From NCBI GenBank assembly GCA_951406725.2, contig OX597829.1, positions 54,870,001 through 54,934,000 of the forward strand: 64,000 bases of DNA, given 5' to 3'. The translations under genes and the position numbers were made by a program. The DNA is from Octopus vulgaris (lineage: Eukaryota). This document shows, one piece after another, positions 1 through 13,575 of the stretch (positions are counted from its first letter, which is position 1; each line of letters starts with the position of its first letter). A model generated the notes under the pieces. It saw only the letters and a list, made by a program, of their open reading frames with translations, searched no databases and was not told the DNA's origin.

Positions 1-1101
1 TCCATTTTCACTTGTGGACTCGTTCAAACATCAAGGCAGGCCACAATTACGCCAGCCTGTCTTTAGCTGTGATGCTTCTTCCATCTTAGCAAAGAACCAA
101 AGAACAGCTTTTATGTTCAATTTCTTGATAAATGTCATTTCAAACGTGTCACCGTTCACCACATCTAACATATGTGTGATGTGAAAGAGGAAAAAGATGG
201 AAGCAAAGAGAGAATTGTGGTAGTCTTACCTGTCGGTCTGAAGAGGGTCACTCACAATGTCCATGTGCTCCATCCGCTGCCATACCATCTAATGTGGCTG
301 CTTTCATGTGCCGTCTGTCACCAGCTGGCTGCTTGTGCCTTGCAGACCCCGCATGCCCACCATGCCCCTTCCAGTGGGACCCACAGACCCAACTTCTGAC
401 AGGACATGCATACTCCTGCACTTCTGGTCCTTCCCTACAACACAGTCTGGTTCATAACACCCCCCCCCCCCGAGATGAAAATCATTCAACCAACCTGCCC
501 ACGCTCTCTCCTCAACCCTGACCACATGCCTTAACTTGTTTCATCATCAGCCAACAAGCGAAGAAGGCACTGCTTCCTCTGTAACCATCTTGGGACTTCA
601 GGACTGGCCTCAGTTCCTGGCATGTTGCTGCTGGCTTCGTCCTCTTGTCCATTACTGTTGGCACCATCCTCTGTCACAGTGACAATCCTGCACACATCCA
701 AAACATCCAAAACATCATATGGCATGCCATTTCATGAAAAGTGAGGAATATTTAGTTTTGAGAAAATGCAATAATTCTTGGTCTTAGGTACCAGCATTTT
801 TCTTATACGTGATTTCAGCTTTGGTTGTCCAAAAGAAAAAGATTTTGCAGTCTGCTGGCAGACCTACAGAAGTGTAGCATGCTCTGGCTTCTAGCACAAA
901 AAATTTTCAAAACCATTCTAGAATAATATTTTTATTTGCATGGTATGTTACTGAGTAACCATTGACAGGCAAATATGTGTGTGTGTATGTGAGAGAGAGA
1001 GAGAGAGAGAGAGAGAAAAAAAGAGTGTTTATCTTTGTGCATAATGAAGATGATGATGACTATTATTGTTATTATTATTATTATTTGTTGTTGTTGTTAT
1101 T

Positions 1102-1320
1102 AAGGCGGTGAATTGCCAGAATCATTAGTACATTGGGCAAAATGCTTAGCAGCATTTCATCCATCTTTAAATTCTGAGTTCACATTCCGCTGACGTTCAT
1201 TTTACCTTTCATCCTTTTGGGGTCAATGAAATAAGTACCAGTTGAGTACTGGGGTCAATGCACTCAACTATCCTCCTCCCCAAAATTTCAGGCCTTATGC
1301 CTAGAGAAGAAAAGATTGTT
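1102..1320 (+). mobile_element. tRNA-derived SINE; related copies at about 1604-1820, 5175-5340, 39170-39355, 43866-44078, 47636-48550 (split) and 51490-51700
   Basis: Shared body ttctgagttcaaatt (B-box-like)...tttcatcctttt/cggggtc...aataagtaccag...ggccttgtgcc with a simple-repeat tail, repeated through the window. Confidence 0.8.
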
Positions 1321-1990
1321 GTTGTTGTTGTTGTTTACTTTTAATCTGCATGTTTGTTACAACCACTTGCTGAGACACACCCAGCATCCTGGGGCAAGTG
1401 AAGGATAAGAGATGTTACAGTATGACTGAAAGCTTGGGGAAGGGAGGTAGCGAAATATCTTCATGTAATACAACACAGACATTTAAGTGGATAGGGTTTG
1501 TCAGCACAATCTTTTGAATTTCTCTGAGACATGGTTCTCCTGGTATCTTTTCTAGATGTTTCTGATATCCCCGTGCTTGTTGTTGTTGTTGTTGTTTATT
1601 ATTAAGGCAGTCAGCTGGCAGAATCATTAGCATACTGGGCAGAATGCTTACTGGCATTTCATCCACCTTAATGTTCTCGGTTCAAATTCTGCTGGGGTCG
1701 ACTTTGCCTTTCATCTTTTCAGGGTCAATAAAATAAGTACCAGTTGTGTACTGGGGTCGATGTAATCAACTTAACTCCTTCCCTAAAATTTCTGACCTTG
1801 TGCCAAAATTTGAAATCATTAAAAAAATTTTTTTTTTTTTTTCACTAAACCATTTAAATATTTGAATTTTCAGAGTTTACTTTTTATGCAATTAAGGAAA
1901 TCCAAATCTTTATTGAAAACCTATTGCAATAATCTTATGATCTTCTTACAGTTAACGTTATGTTTCTAATTTATATATTTACTTAATTAG

Positions 1991-2167
1991 GCTCCTGTGA
2001 TAATAATTCCAACAAAGTATTACACAGTTCCGACTCAACATTTCCGAGACTTAGGATGTTCTATGGTAATCTGGGCTAATCACAACTTGCGTGCCTCAAT
2101 CACAGCTATGCAAAGTTTATCTGCTACAATCTACAAGGATCAGTCCCTCGTAAATGTTGAAAAAACG
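1991..2167 (+). CDS. PEPM: Phosphoenolpyruvate phosphomutase, penultimate coding exon (gene starts upstream of the window)
   Basis: Acceptor ttaattag and donor ACG|gtaaga bound 177 nt encoding [59 protein letters not shown]. The PTKY and [11 protein letters not shown] motifs match mussel-type PEP mutase (recognised from memory). Confidence 0.93.
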
Positions 2168-2259
2168 GTAAGAAGTTCTTTCCAGAATCCATAAAGATTT
2201 TTGCTTCCAAAAAATAGGAACGTATGTCAATATTCTTTTCACTAAGTCATATTGTTATC

Positions 2260-2695
2260 TTTATCTTTTATTTTTTATTTGTTTCAGTCATTATACTGTG
2301 GCCATGCTGGGGCACCACCTTGAAGGGTTTTAGTTGAACAAATCAATCCTAGTATATCTTTTATCTTTTACTTGTTTCAGTCATTGGACTGTGGCCATGC
2401 TGGGGCACCACCTTGAAGGCTTTTAGTTGAACAAATCAATCCCAGTATATCTTTTATCTTTTACTTGTTTCAGTCATTGGACTGTGGCCATGCTGGGGCA
2501 CCACCTTGAAGGGTTTTTGTTGAACAAATCAATCCCAGTATATCTTTTCTCTCTTACTTGTTTCAGTCATTGAACTGTGGCCATGCTGAGACAGAGTAAA
2601 GAAAGAAGAAAAGAACTGGCATTGATTTGTTCAACTCAAACCTTCCAAGGTGGTGCCCCAGCATGGCTACCGTCCAATGACTGAAAAAAGTAAAA
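2260..2695. repeat. 93-bp tandem repeat (about 3.5 units) plus one inverted unit, in the last PEPM intron
   Basis: tgtggccatgctg recurs at 2297, 2390, 2483 and 2576 (period 93); a reverse-complement copy lies at about 2621-2695. Confidence 0.92.
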
Positions 2696-2812
2696 CATAA
2701 ACGATATCAATATTATGAAAATAAAACATGAAATAACAATCAAATTATATTAAATCTTCAATCTTTAATTTTAATTATCGTTAAATTCTATCTTTATCAA
2801 TATAATTTGCAG

Positions 2813-2896
2813 GTAGCTCCTGTGAAAGAAATATTCCGTCTGCAACGTGACCATGAACTGGTTGAAGCTGAAAAAATCTATTTACCTCAAAGATGA
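2813..2896 (+). CDS. PEPM: Phosphoenolpyruvate phosphomutase, last coding exon
   Basis: Acceptor tttgcag|GTA in phase 0; encodes VAPVKEIFRLQRDHELVEAEKIYLPQR then TGA, the typical PEP mutase C-terminus (VKEIFRLQ...YLP). Confidence 0.92.
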   Translation, partial: VAPVKEIFRLQRDHELVEAEKIYLPQR

Positions 2897-3330
2897 GCTA
2901 AGATGATATTTAAATTTTTTTTTTAATCTTTTGAAATAAGAAACAAATCATTGTTGGGAATAAATTTTGGGGCTATTGTTTGTTTCTTTTTTTTTTTTTT
3001 TTTTGTTAAATTTTCAAATCATTTTTCTGTGTCGGTAAATATTGGTATTTTTCCTAACTGATAAAAACTTCAGTTAACATTCTGATCGTTTTCTTTTTTC
3101 TGGCTTTATATGGTGTTATTACAGAATATCAATGAATGATAATAACTTGACTTTTGTCTACGATTTTTTTTTTTTACATTTTTTGAATGGAAATTATATT
3201 TCTTAAGAGCTTTGAAAAAAAATTATTTATATACATGTGTATACACAAATATATATACACATAAATATATATATATATACATACACACGACATATATACA
3301 CTCACCCACACACACACATGCACGCATATA

Positions 3331-4241
3331 CAAGGTAGTATCAACAATTCCTGGACTAATTATGTTTAATAAAAAATAACTTATTTACCAAAGTTTTAGC
3401 ATCATCTTCTTTTGAAATAGTCACCTTGCACAGCAATACACCTGTCCCAGCATTCCTGCAACTTTTGGAATCCGGCCTGGAAGTCGTTTTCCATGAGTTG
3501 AGGACCTTCTGTGATTCCCTCTGGATCTTGACAACGGTGTTAATACAGTGATCTTTAAGCTGCATTTTCATCTTGGGGAAAGAGATGGAAGTCCACAGGT
3601 GCTAAATCTGGCGAATAGGGCAGGTGCAGAAGTGATACCGTGTAGTTTTTAGTGAGAAACTCAAGAATGAGAAGAGCTCGGTGACAGGGTACATTGTCAT
3701 TGTGAAGAATCCAATTCTTCATGCTTCACAGACCTGGTTGCTTTCGCTGAATGTCCTCTCTCAAATGCTTCAAAACATCGTTGATTCTCCTCTGACGATC
3801 TTCATACACGAATCTTCATACATGAATTTTCTCCACATTTCTTGGGGTGGCACTCATAGCAAGTCTTCAAGATCACTCATCGTCTTCCAGGGACATTCTT
3901 CCACTTTTGTAGCACCTGTGCCACTTGAAACATTGCATATGACCCATTGTCTCATCACGGTAAATTTGCCGAACCATGCTCAATGTCTCTGTAGCAGACT
4001 TCCCGATTTTAACACAAAATTTCGCGTTGGCACTTTGTTCCAACTTCCTGTCCATGACAAAATCACATACACATGTAATCGCAAAAACACAAATTTCACA
4101 ACTTGTCGAGTAAACACAGTGATGTCACTCGGCATACTGTCTCATGAAGGTCACTGCTAGCTTTCACTGCACACACAATCATGTGCTGTCATCTGTTGGC
4201 ATGCTACTGAACTAGTCTGGGAACTTTTTGATACCACCTCA
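3331..4241 (-). mobile_element. Mariner transposon relic, internally deleted
   Basis: Degenerate terminal inverted repeats flanked by TA; ORF 3873-4055 MDRKLEQSANAKFCVKIGKSATET...FKWHRCYKSGRMSLEDDE is a mariner N-terminal HTH. Confidence 0.85.
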
Positions 4242-7200
4242 TAGAGCTTGGTGCTGGTCTACATCAACAAGGCTTGTCTTATTTAGTAAAATCCATAAAA
4301 AGGAGCATAGGGAAGTTACTATGGGGAATGGAAAATCAAGCATTTTAGACAGACCTTGTCACCATGGCAAGTCCATTGTACTCTTTTTAAGGATTTTTTA
4401 TAAATATTCATACATACACACTCATACACACACATTATTAAAACAGTGAGTTCAACAAAAGGTGTTTTGTTTTACTGGAGATTCTGCTACTCCTTATATA
4501 CCTAGTGGCAGAGTAGATTGAATTTGAAGAAATAATGAGGGTGGTAGCAATAACAATCATCATCATCATCATCATGTATCCATCTTTCTATTCTATTTAC
4601 ATTTGAACCATTCTTTATTTTTGCATCCTTTTTCTACTTTTTTCCATCAATTATCCACCCATTTCATTTTATTCCTGATTTTAGTTTTTGCATTTCCTTT
4701 ATTTCATCTTCATCGTTCTGCCAATATATATACATACATACATATATATATATACATATATATATATTAGGGGTAGCAGTTCTTAATCCTTCAAATTGTT
4801 CTTGAACAAAGCAATATGTCTTTTGTTTAGACTCAATGTTTTAACAAAACTTGTTTACATCATTTGAGTATTTTATTCTAAGTGTCCTTACCATGACCCC
4901 ACTTGCACAAATACTTCATTATTATTATTATTACTATTTATTAAAAATGATATTGAACAGTGCATATAAGATATAAAATCTTATAATACAGATAGATATT
5001 TTGATAGCTTCAAATAATAAATGTGTATTTAACTACTTTGGATTTTGGAAAAAATAAATTATTTTGTATAATGTTTAGATAATTTTGTTAAAGATATATT
5101 TAATATTTTACCAATTTCATGCTCAATTCATATAAAACTACATTATTATTATTATTATTATTGTTATGATCCATGAGCTGGCAGAATCATTAGAGCATCG
5201 GCATTTATTCCAGTTCTTTACATTCTGAGTTCAAATCCTGCCAAAGTCAATCTACTTATGTTTTTGAAGTCAATGGTATTCATTTATCCACTCTCACTCC
5301 AAGCTGTTGGCCTTATGCCTAAATCAGATATCATTATTATTTGGGGGGATGGGGGTGAAATATTAATTACTTTTTGAAAAATAATTAATTGTTGGAGAAA
5401 CATTATTAATACCAAAAGGCAGTCTTTATATCCGACTTAATGCTTTTTGTTATTAACACTGTTTCTATCACTATTATCTTTTAATAAGCCTGCTTGCTAT
5501 TTGTGACATCAGTGCTTGGAAAGTTACTGAAATTCTTTATCCTGTTGACAGTGAGATTCAGCTGTTATGTTGCTACCAAACGCCTACCATTGCAGAGCCC
5601 AAAACGGGGCAAAACCCTGTCACCAGGCAGTTCCAGCAGCTGTAGCAGACGATTCCCATCTAAATGTGACTGCTTTTATGCACCACATATCCATATGAGA
5701 GGTTTTCTCTTGGTAAATAATGCTGTGTTTTATGTTCTAACAAAACATCTGTTGATTGCTTTTTAATTATTAAAACATTTTCATGCTGTTTTACTGTCTC
5801 ATGAAAATTTGATCAAATCTGAAATGTATATTTTTATCATTATTGTGATAATGTAAACACATAATTTACTTTGTTTCTGTTGCTGGTTCTTTGTGGAAAA
5901 ATATTTGGCATCATGCTATTGTAATTACTTTTGTTCCATTATCTTAGAATAGTTACTGAATACAAATTTAAAGGAGGGGAAAAAATCACATTTCACTGAT
6001 TTGAATTCTGGAAAAAATAAGTCAGGTTTTAAGATCTCAATTTTTGGATATGAGTAAAATGTTTGTAGAAGAGAAATGTTACGTTTCATTGGAATAAATC
6101 CAACAAAGAAAACAACAGGAAACATTAAGTAAATTAATGCTTTAATGTTTCATTGTTATATTTAAGATATTCATGTTTATTGTCAGTTTGTAAGCTCAGG
6201 AATAGGAGATGCAGGGCTTGCAAGCACACCCTCTAAAATTTTGGAGTAATGAAAACACTTTCATCATCCTAAATTGGACCTGGGTTTGCACCCACTAAGC
6301 AAATTTCATTCCCACACTTATGTAAGCAACTAAAAATTTTATGTTTAATTACTCTGTTCCTTATAGTATTTAAATGAAATGTAACTTTTTACCCTGCAAC
6401 TTTCTTTATTGAAATTTTTATAACTTTTGTCTGTGACATTTTCCTTTGGCTTTTTAAATTCCTGGAGTCAAATAATCAATGAGTTTATCTTCAATGTCGG
6501 CAGTAGATGTTTGTTAGTTAATTTATATCACTTTTTAACTCAAGCCTGATAAATGAAAAACTACTGAGTATGTATATTTTTTGATGACTTGGGTGAAACA
6601 ATTTTTATTTTTTTCTAGGTGTTTACATTACATCATTAATAAGCTTAACGAGCTTAGCATTTCTCAAACAGTAAATGATTTGGATAAACAAACAGTAAAG
6701 AAAAAAAACTAGTGATGTTATAAAAATTCTTGAGAATGTGAAATAATTCCTTTTTTGGAATACTGGATCTCAAAGCACTTACATAAAGCTATAAACATTT
6801 TGAATGGGCAACCTTTGACTTATTCTGTCCAAAACAGTTTTTCAACCCAATATTTGTTTGCTATTTTTTATAGCTTTATATTTGCTTGGAGATCCACTAT
6901 TCCAAAAATAATTATATTTCCTTTAATTCTTTAATGCTAGCTTTCTCTTAATAAACATACAATTTTAAATGATTCCTTTAGATGTGATTTTTTAAATAAC
7001 TTATTTACTTTTCATTTGTCAAAATTTCTAAAGGTTATGATGTTGTAAACATACCTCAAGCATTAGAATTGTGCAGAATAAGTATAAATTATGAAACAAT
7101 TGCATAGATTCAATAGAATTTAATTAGATTTATATTATTAAAAAAGGTGGCAGCTTGGCAGAATTGTTACAATCTTAAAATTCTTTTTGGTATTTGTGCC

Positions 7201-7940
7201 ACCATTCTGTTCTATGGATTAAAATTTTGCTGTGATACCTTTTCTCTCTATAGGGCTGGAAAAAAAAAGGTCCCAGTCCCAGCTCTGGGATTGGCAGAAT
7301 ACTTAGAATGTTGGACTGGATGATGCCTTGTGGTGTCTGTTTAAATTTTAAATTCTGCCCCTGACACTTGCAAGAATGGTGACAGTGTTGTTAGGAGTTG
7401 TAAGTAAGGGAGAATTTTAGCAGTTTGTAAAAAAAAAAAATTTTTTTTTTAAACCTGTCAAAAATAGTTTTCATGGTTCAATCAGAAAACATACTGCCAG
7501 TTTTATAGTACTAAAAGAAGGAATTCCTGGCTAAAATTAGCTGTTGGGAAAGAAAAGCCATTGGAAATATAACGTTTCATCTTTTTGGTATTTTATTGTA
7601 TTTAAAAAAAATATTTATCAATGTTGAATGGCTCCCTTTGTATTTTACACACACACACACACACACATACGATGGCAGATTGGGTCTAAAAATATTGGTT
7701 GCTAGAAAACTAAGGGGGTCCACCTACAACTACAATGCTATCATTTATTAATATTTTTTTTTTTTTGTTAAAAGTATTCTTTTCAACTGTCTACAAACTC
7801 AGTCAGGCTGAAATAATTCATTCTTCCAAGAGTGAATAAAAAATTCTAAAACTTGAGAGGATGGGCCCCCATATATGGATTCTAATGGAGCAGGGGCCCA
7901 CTTGCCATCAGGCAAGCTGGCAACCTGGCCAGTCTGCCAC

Positions 7941-7978
<38 letters not shown>

Positions 7979-8167
7979 AATGAAAGAATGGAGTCGAACA
8001 ACGATTTAACAAGATTCCTTTAACAAATTTCCACACGAAAACACGTGATTTCTGCCCTTGGCATGTAGCTTCAACTGTGCTTTCTGACGTAAATTTGCTA
8101 CCCGGGTATCGGTTAACCGAATTATCCATACTAGGATAATTCATTCAACTACTTAAACATTTATATA

Positions 8168-8217
<50 letters not shown>

Positions 8218-11200
8218 CACACACACACACTCATATACACACAGAAATGTATTTATTTTTATAAAACTTTCTAATGTTGGCTTATTGTGTTTTCATTTGG
8301 TGCAATAAATATTTAAAAAAATAAAAGAACAGTTTTTATTTTTTTATTTCACATTGAACTATATTCTATTAAACTTATAAACATTGTTTTACATTATTCT
8401 ATGACAAATAATGTTCCATATGTCATTGATCTGGTGTAGTATCCTTGAAGATTTTAGCTTTGAGATTTAACCCTTTTGTCAGCATATTTCTGTTGAAATA
8501 ATCTGTTTTTATTTCAGTTACTGAAAATAATAAAGAAATTAGTAAAATAACATTGTTATTATTAAACTTGTTTTTGGAACAGACATTAGCATGGAATTTT
8601 GATGGAATATTTTGACTTAGATTACTTTAAAGCAAGAATTTTATATCATAGAACAAGAGGCAGCCTCAGGCAGGTTGATATCAAAAGGACTTTTGTTGTC
8701 TTTCATCAGAAAATGGAAATATTTAAACCTGGGTCTTGCAAGCAATTGAAACACTTGATGTTGAATGAAAAAACATTGTCAATGATGGCAACCTCATTTG
8801 AAGTTACTTGGTGTGTCCTATTATTGGTGGAAAATTGGTGGAATTAAGTGTAAATGCTGAAGCTTTCTCAGCAGGAGAAATGCTTACATTTGGGAAATGG
8901 TGAGAGAATTATACAATGTTCTTTGAGATCTTTTGGCAGCAGACCTAAAGAATTGGCTGCAATTTGTAAGGTAATAATAACGTAAGAGAATTTGCAAAGT
9001 GTGAGATGGATATGGACATATTTTGATTTTTAGTTGGTAATCTTCCCTAATTTGCAGCAGTGAGTAAAAATCACCTAATTAGGAGAGATGTGGTTGTTGC
9101 AGGAATTGTAGAGCATATTCTTCCCTAAAATACATACGAACCATACAGAATACATAGGGCTTTGGTTGTGTGGTGGATGTGAATGGACATGGTTAAAAGG
9201 ACAACATCAGTTATATGCTTAGCTGCCTCAGATGTATTGAGGCAGACCTCAATTGACAAAAGAGAATTGAATCCAAATCCACAGAATTACAGTGTTACAA
9301 TTAGAATGCAGCTAAAAATGTGCCATCATTGAACAAGTCACAGTTTCAAGCCACAAAAATGTTGACACCAAATGATAAATATTTAAGTGAAGTTAACATT
9401 CATTGTTTTTCTTAATGACTGACTTGTATATTCTCTGCTACAATCATTTGAGTTTCAACACACAGTTTTAGACCAAATCTCTTGTCTCATAAAGTATTCA
9501 TGTGTAAACCTTTTCATTCATTTTCTCTTTTACTCTCCCTTCATTTACTATTCCAACCATTCTTCTCTAACTACAATTTTAATTCACCAAATTAGGAGCA
9601 GAAATAATAAACTAATTTTGCTTGTATTTCTACTTTGTTGAAGTTTAGGGGTTTCTTTAAGAAAATGCATGCAAACTAATTCAAGAATCGTACTTCAGTC
9701 TCAGCCATATTTGGTAGAACATCATTTTGCATCTGTAGTTTCAACTACATCATCATTTAATCTCTGCTTTCCATCATGCTGGTAAGAGCTGAATGGTTTG
9801 ACAGGAGCTGACAAGCGAGAGGACTAGGCCCCAAACTCTACTGTCAGCATTGGTATGTTCTCTATGGCTAAATGCCCCTACTAATGCAAATCACTTTACA
9901 GTGTGTGCAGAGTGCTTTTTATGTGGCACCAACCCTGACAGGCAGGGGTCACCAAAGAACTTGCAAGACAAAGACTTGTAGGGGGAGTAGTGAATAGTGT
10001 TGAAGGAGGTGATTTTTTTTACCTGTTGATTAGAGATTTAAACATCCCCCAGAGCAATGACACTAAAATTATCAATAGAAATCTGTTATTCAGAGCCCAG
10101 TGTGGATGCCGTGAAACAGTGTCCCCAAGGTTTGCTAATCTTACATGTAATAAAACGCATTGTGTATCTCATGTGGGGGAGAGAAGGGTGGGAGTGGGTG
10201 ACAGTCACAGACACTCTGAAGGCTGGTGAAAAGCATTCAAAGGATTTGCTCTGAAGAAGCTGGTATTTTAATCAAAATAAAACTGCAAATTTTTATTGTA
10301 AATTGTATTCAGTCATCAGTTTCACACACAGACACACATATACAAATATAAAAATTAAATTAAATTTTAAACACTTTTGTTTTCAAAATATTATCATTCA
10401 CATGACATATACATATAGATGTCAAGTGAACAAGAACATATGTATATATATTTTTATTTTATTTTATTTTATCTAGTTTCAGCTCACATGCTGTGGCCAT
10501 GCTGGGGCAATATATATCATCATCATCATTATTTAACATTTATCTTATATGTATGCATGAGTATACATGAAACAGTTGACAGGAGCTGGTCAGGCAAAAG
10601 ATTACCTCAGGCTATCGAGTTTGTTTTGGCAGAGTTTTTACAGCTGGATGCCCTTCCTAACACTCTGCAGAGTGGATTCAGTGCTTTTTACATGACACTA
10701 GCACTCAAAAGATTAAACTTAGACCCTGATGTCTTTTCAGGGGATCATTCCACAAAGTAAAGAACGGCTATAAGAGGTCATTCAGTTAATGAACTTGCTT
10801 GTACATATTCCTCAGACATGTGTATTCACTGGTCATTCATCAACTGGATGACCTGTGAATTTTTGAAGTTCAATCAAGGACAATGGAAAATGTAACCAAC
10901 CATGAAGAATATATTAGCAGTAGAAAGAAATAGAATGGCACTCCCTTTAATATGAACCTAAATACTTACCATCCATAGCATGGCCACCCTTCCACTCCAT
11001 CTATACTTTAAAAGCACTTTCATAAACAGACTTTCAACCACAACATATTTTTTGATACACTGAGTGACTACTGCTACCTTGCAGACCCCAGCAGATAAAG
11101 GATGTGATTGAAGCTAAGAATTTGAGTTTACAGAACACAGAAACAATATTTATATACCATCTGAGGAAACAAGATCACATAATACAGGGAACAGTTACGT

Positions 11201-12851
11201 AACCAAATACCTGCAAAGTTGGGTAGAAACAATTGTAGTGATTACAGATAAATGGTCCTCTGTATTCCTTCTTGTTGACTCCAACTTATTCAAATATATA
11301 TATGTATATGCCAGTGCCACCTTGACTGGATTCTGTACTGGTGGCACGTAAAAAGCACCAACTGATCATAGCCGTTGCAAGCCACCCCTGGCACGTAAAA
11401 AGCACCCACTACACTCATGGAGTGGTTGGTGTTAGGAAGGGCATACAACTATAGAAACACTGCTAGATCAGACTGGAGCCTGGTACAGCCTCCATGGTTT
11501 ACCAGACCCTGGTCAAACCGTCCAACCCATGCTCACAACACCTTTGAGTGAACAGCCTTGGAATGGACAAAATGGAGATCGTTGTGTGAAAATGGTATTA
11601 AAAACTTTGTTGCAACTGGCATTAACAGGCTTTGGGGGTGCAAGACAAAAGAGAAAAGCGGCTACAAATGTACCACCTGCACTGACCTGTGATCCTCATA
11701 CTTGCAGGATCTGTGGCCTTCTTTGCAAATCATTGGGTGGACTTAAATGTCACATTCGACATAAGCATTATGACTGACAAAGAAAGAGTATGTTGTCAGA
11801 GCCTCATATGTTGAAACCAACAGGAGAGTCCATCATATATGCGTGTGCGTACGTCTGTGTGTGCATGCATGCGTGTGTGTGTGTACATGTACACATACTT
11901 ACATTATGTAGGTGATATTTTCAATCAAGACAGTGCAACCATATCTGATTTTTCAAGTGCTTCAATTCTGTTTATGTACAGTTATTTACTAGATTTCCTG
12001 ACGTTTTAGCAATCGTTTCTCCCATTGTGTAGATGTGACATTTTCTGTCATTAATAAAACTGTCGGCATTTTTCATGACACGGGTATGGTAGTAAAATAA
12101 GAATGGAACTAAATTAATTAAGTTTAAAATACAAAACAAAATCAAAAATAACTTTGGCTGCAAATTTAATTACAAGTTATATTTAATTACAAGTTATATT
12201 TAACCCATAAACAATCAGTTGAATTTACTCTCTATTTGTGTAATGTAAGCAAACTGGAGAGGAAGTTTTCAAAATCAGGGCACTGTTATTAAGGGACACT
12301 ATTTATAAGAAACATAGAAAGCTCAGAATTATTTACTTTGGTTTTCATTTTCAGATCAAAATATTTAACCAATTAAACTCTGAGGAGTAAAATGAGTAAA
12401 CAGGTCACATGTCAAGTCATTAACTGGTAGTTTATAGTTCCTAATTAGCACTCACACAATTACTAAATGAAGCACACATAATGTGATAATTAGCAGACAA
12501 TTCAATGTGAAAACAGATTTGGTGGTGGGGCTCACATTTAAATCAACAGAAAAATTGATATATGAAAAGTTCTAATGCTTCTGGTTTAGTCCCACGTTTT
12601 GAAAAGAATGCCAAAAGCACAAGGAAAAATTTCATTAACGATCTGTTATTTTGTTTTTAGATGGAGTTGGTATGAGTTAAAATAAAGTTAATTTTTTTAA
12701 TTAATATCAATGAAACCTAGAGTAATGTTGTTCACTTTCTTGGTCCTAAAAATGTTTTGTATTCTCTTGCAATGTCCATATCTGGTCAGGATAAGTTAAT
12801 GGTTTTTATCAATCCATCCAACTTATGACAGCATGGTAAACAGACATTAAA

Positions 12852-12882
<31 letters not shown>

Positions 12883-13575
12883 TGTGGTGGTGATGATGAT
12901 GAAGTGAAAATATAGATGTAGAAAGAAACATGAGAAAACATTTTCTCAGATATTAACAAATGTGAAGGGGAAGGGAGACAACCTGTTTCACGTTTACCAT
13001 GCTTTTTCCCTAGTTGGAGCTGAGCTCCAGCCCAATAATAAAACATATATTGGTAAAATGCAGCAATGAGTGACTACTAGAAAAGCAGAATAAAGACAAT
13101 TTGGTAATGTTCTACAAGGAGATAGTTTTGTAAAAAATCTAAAGCAGTTCAAAAAGTCGGAATAAGTTTTTCAATGACAATTTCCTTTAGCAACAACATG
13201 AAAAAAAAGGGTGAAAAAAGTGTAACCATATTATTTGACAATTACTCAACATAAGCTTCATGTCTGAAACAGAAATAAAATGCTATTAAGGATAATTTTT
13301 GCATATCTTACTTCTAATGTGGATATACTATCGGAAGCTATAAAACTGCAGCTTCTCATAAAAAAGATAAAAACTTGCTACTGAAGACGTTCAAAAACAC
13401 AGAAATCTAGATTTATCAATTCCTCCACCACCACTGAATGGCTTTTGACAGCAACTGATGCACTTTTGTGATTTTTAGTACTGTACATCTATATGATAAG
13501 CTTTCTCATGACAAAACTGCAGTTTTGTGGATTTCTATGGTATATACTCATTAAGTAAGATGTATATAGAATGCT

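Noticed and set aside
1-960. GC-richer block with short ORFs on both strands
   Set aside because: No PEP mutase similarity; only a faint resemblance to a decayed piggyBac-like transposon, too weak to call.
2260-2590. CRISPR-like array
   Set aside because: Whole 93-bp units repeat with no unique spacers, the context is a eukaryotic intron, and there are no cas genes.
3681-4160. 159-aa plus-strand ORF
   Set aside because: Antisense frame of the mariner transposase relic.
8036-8084. Fifth hammerhead on the minus strand
   Set aside because: Stem I, stem II and GAAA are present, but there is no NUGANNA core with a paired 3:8 position and no helix III.
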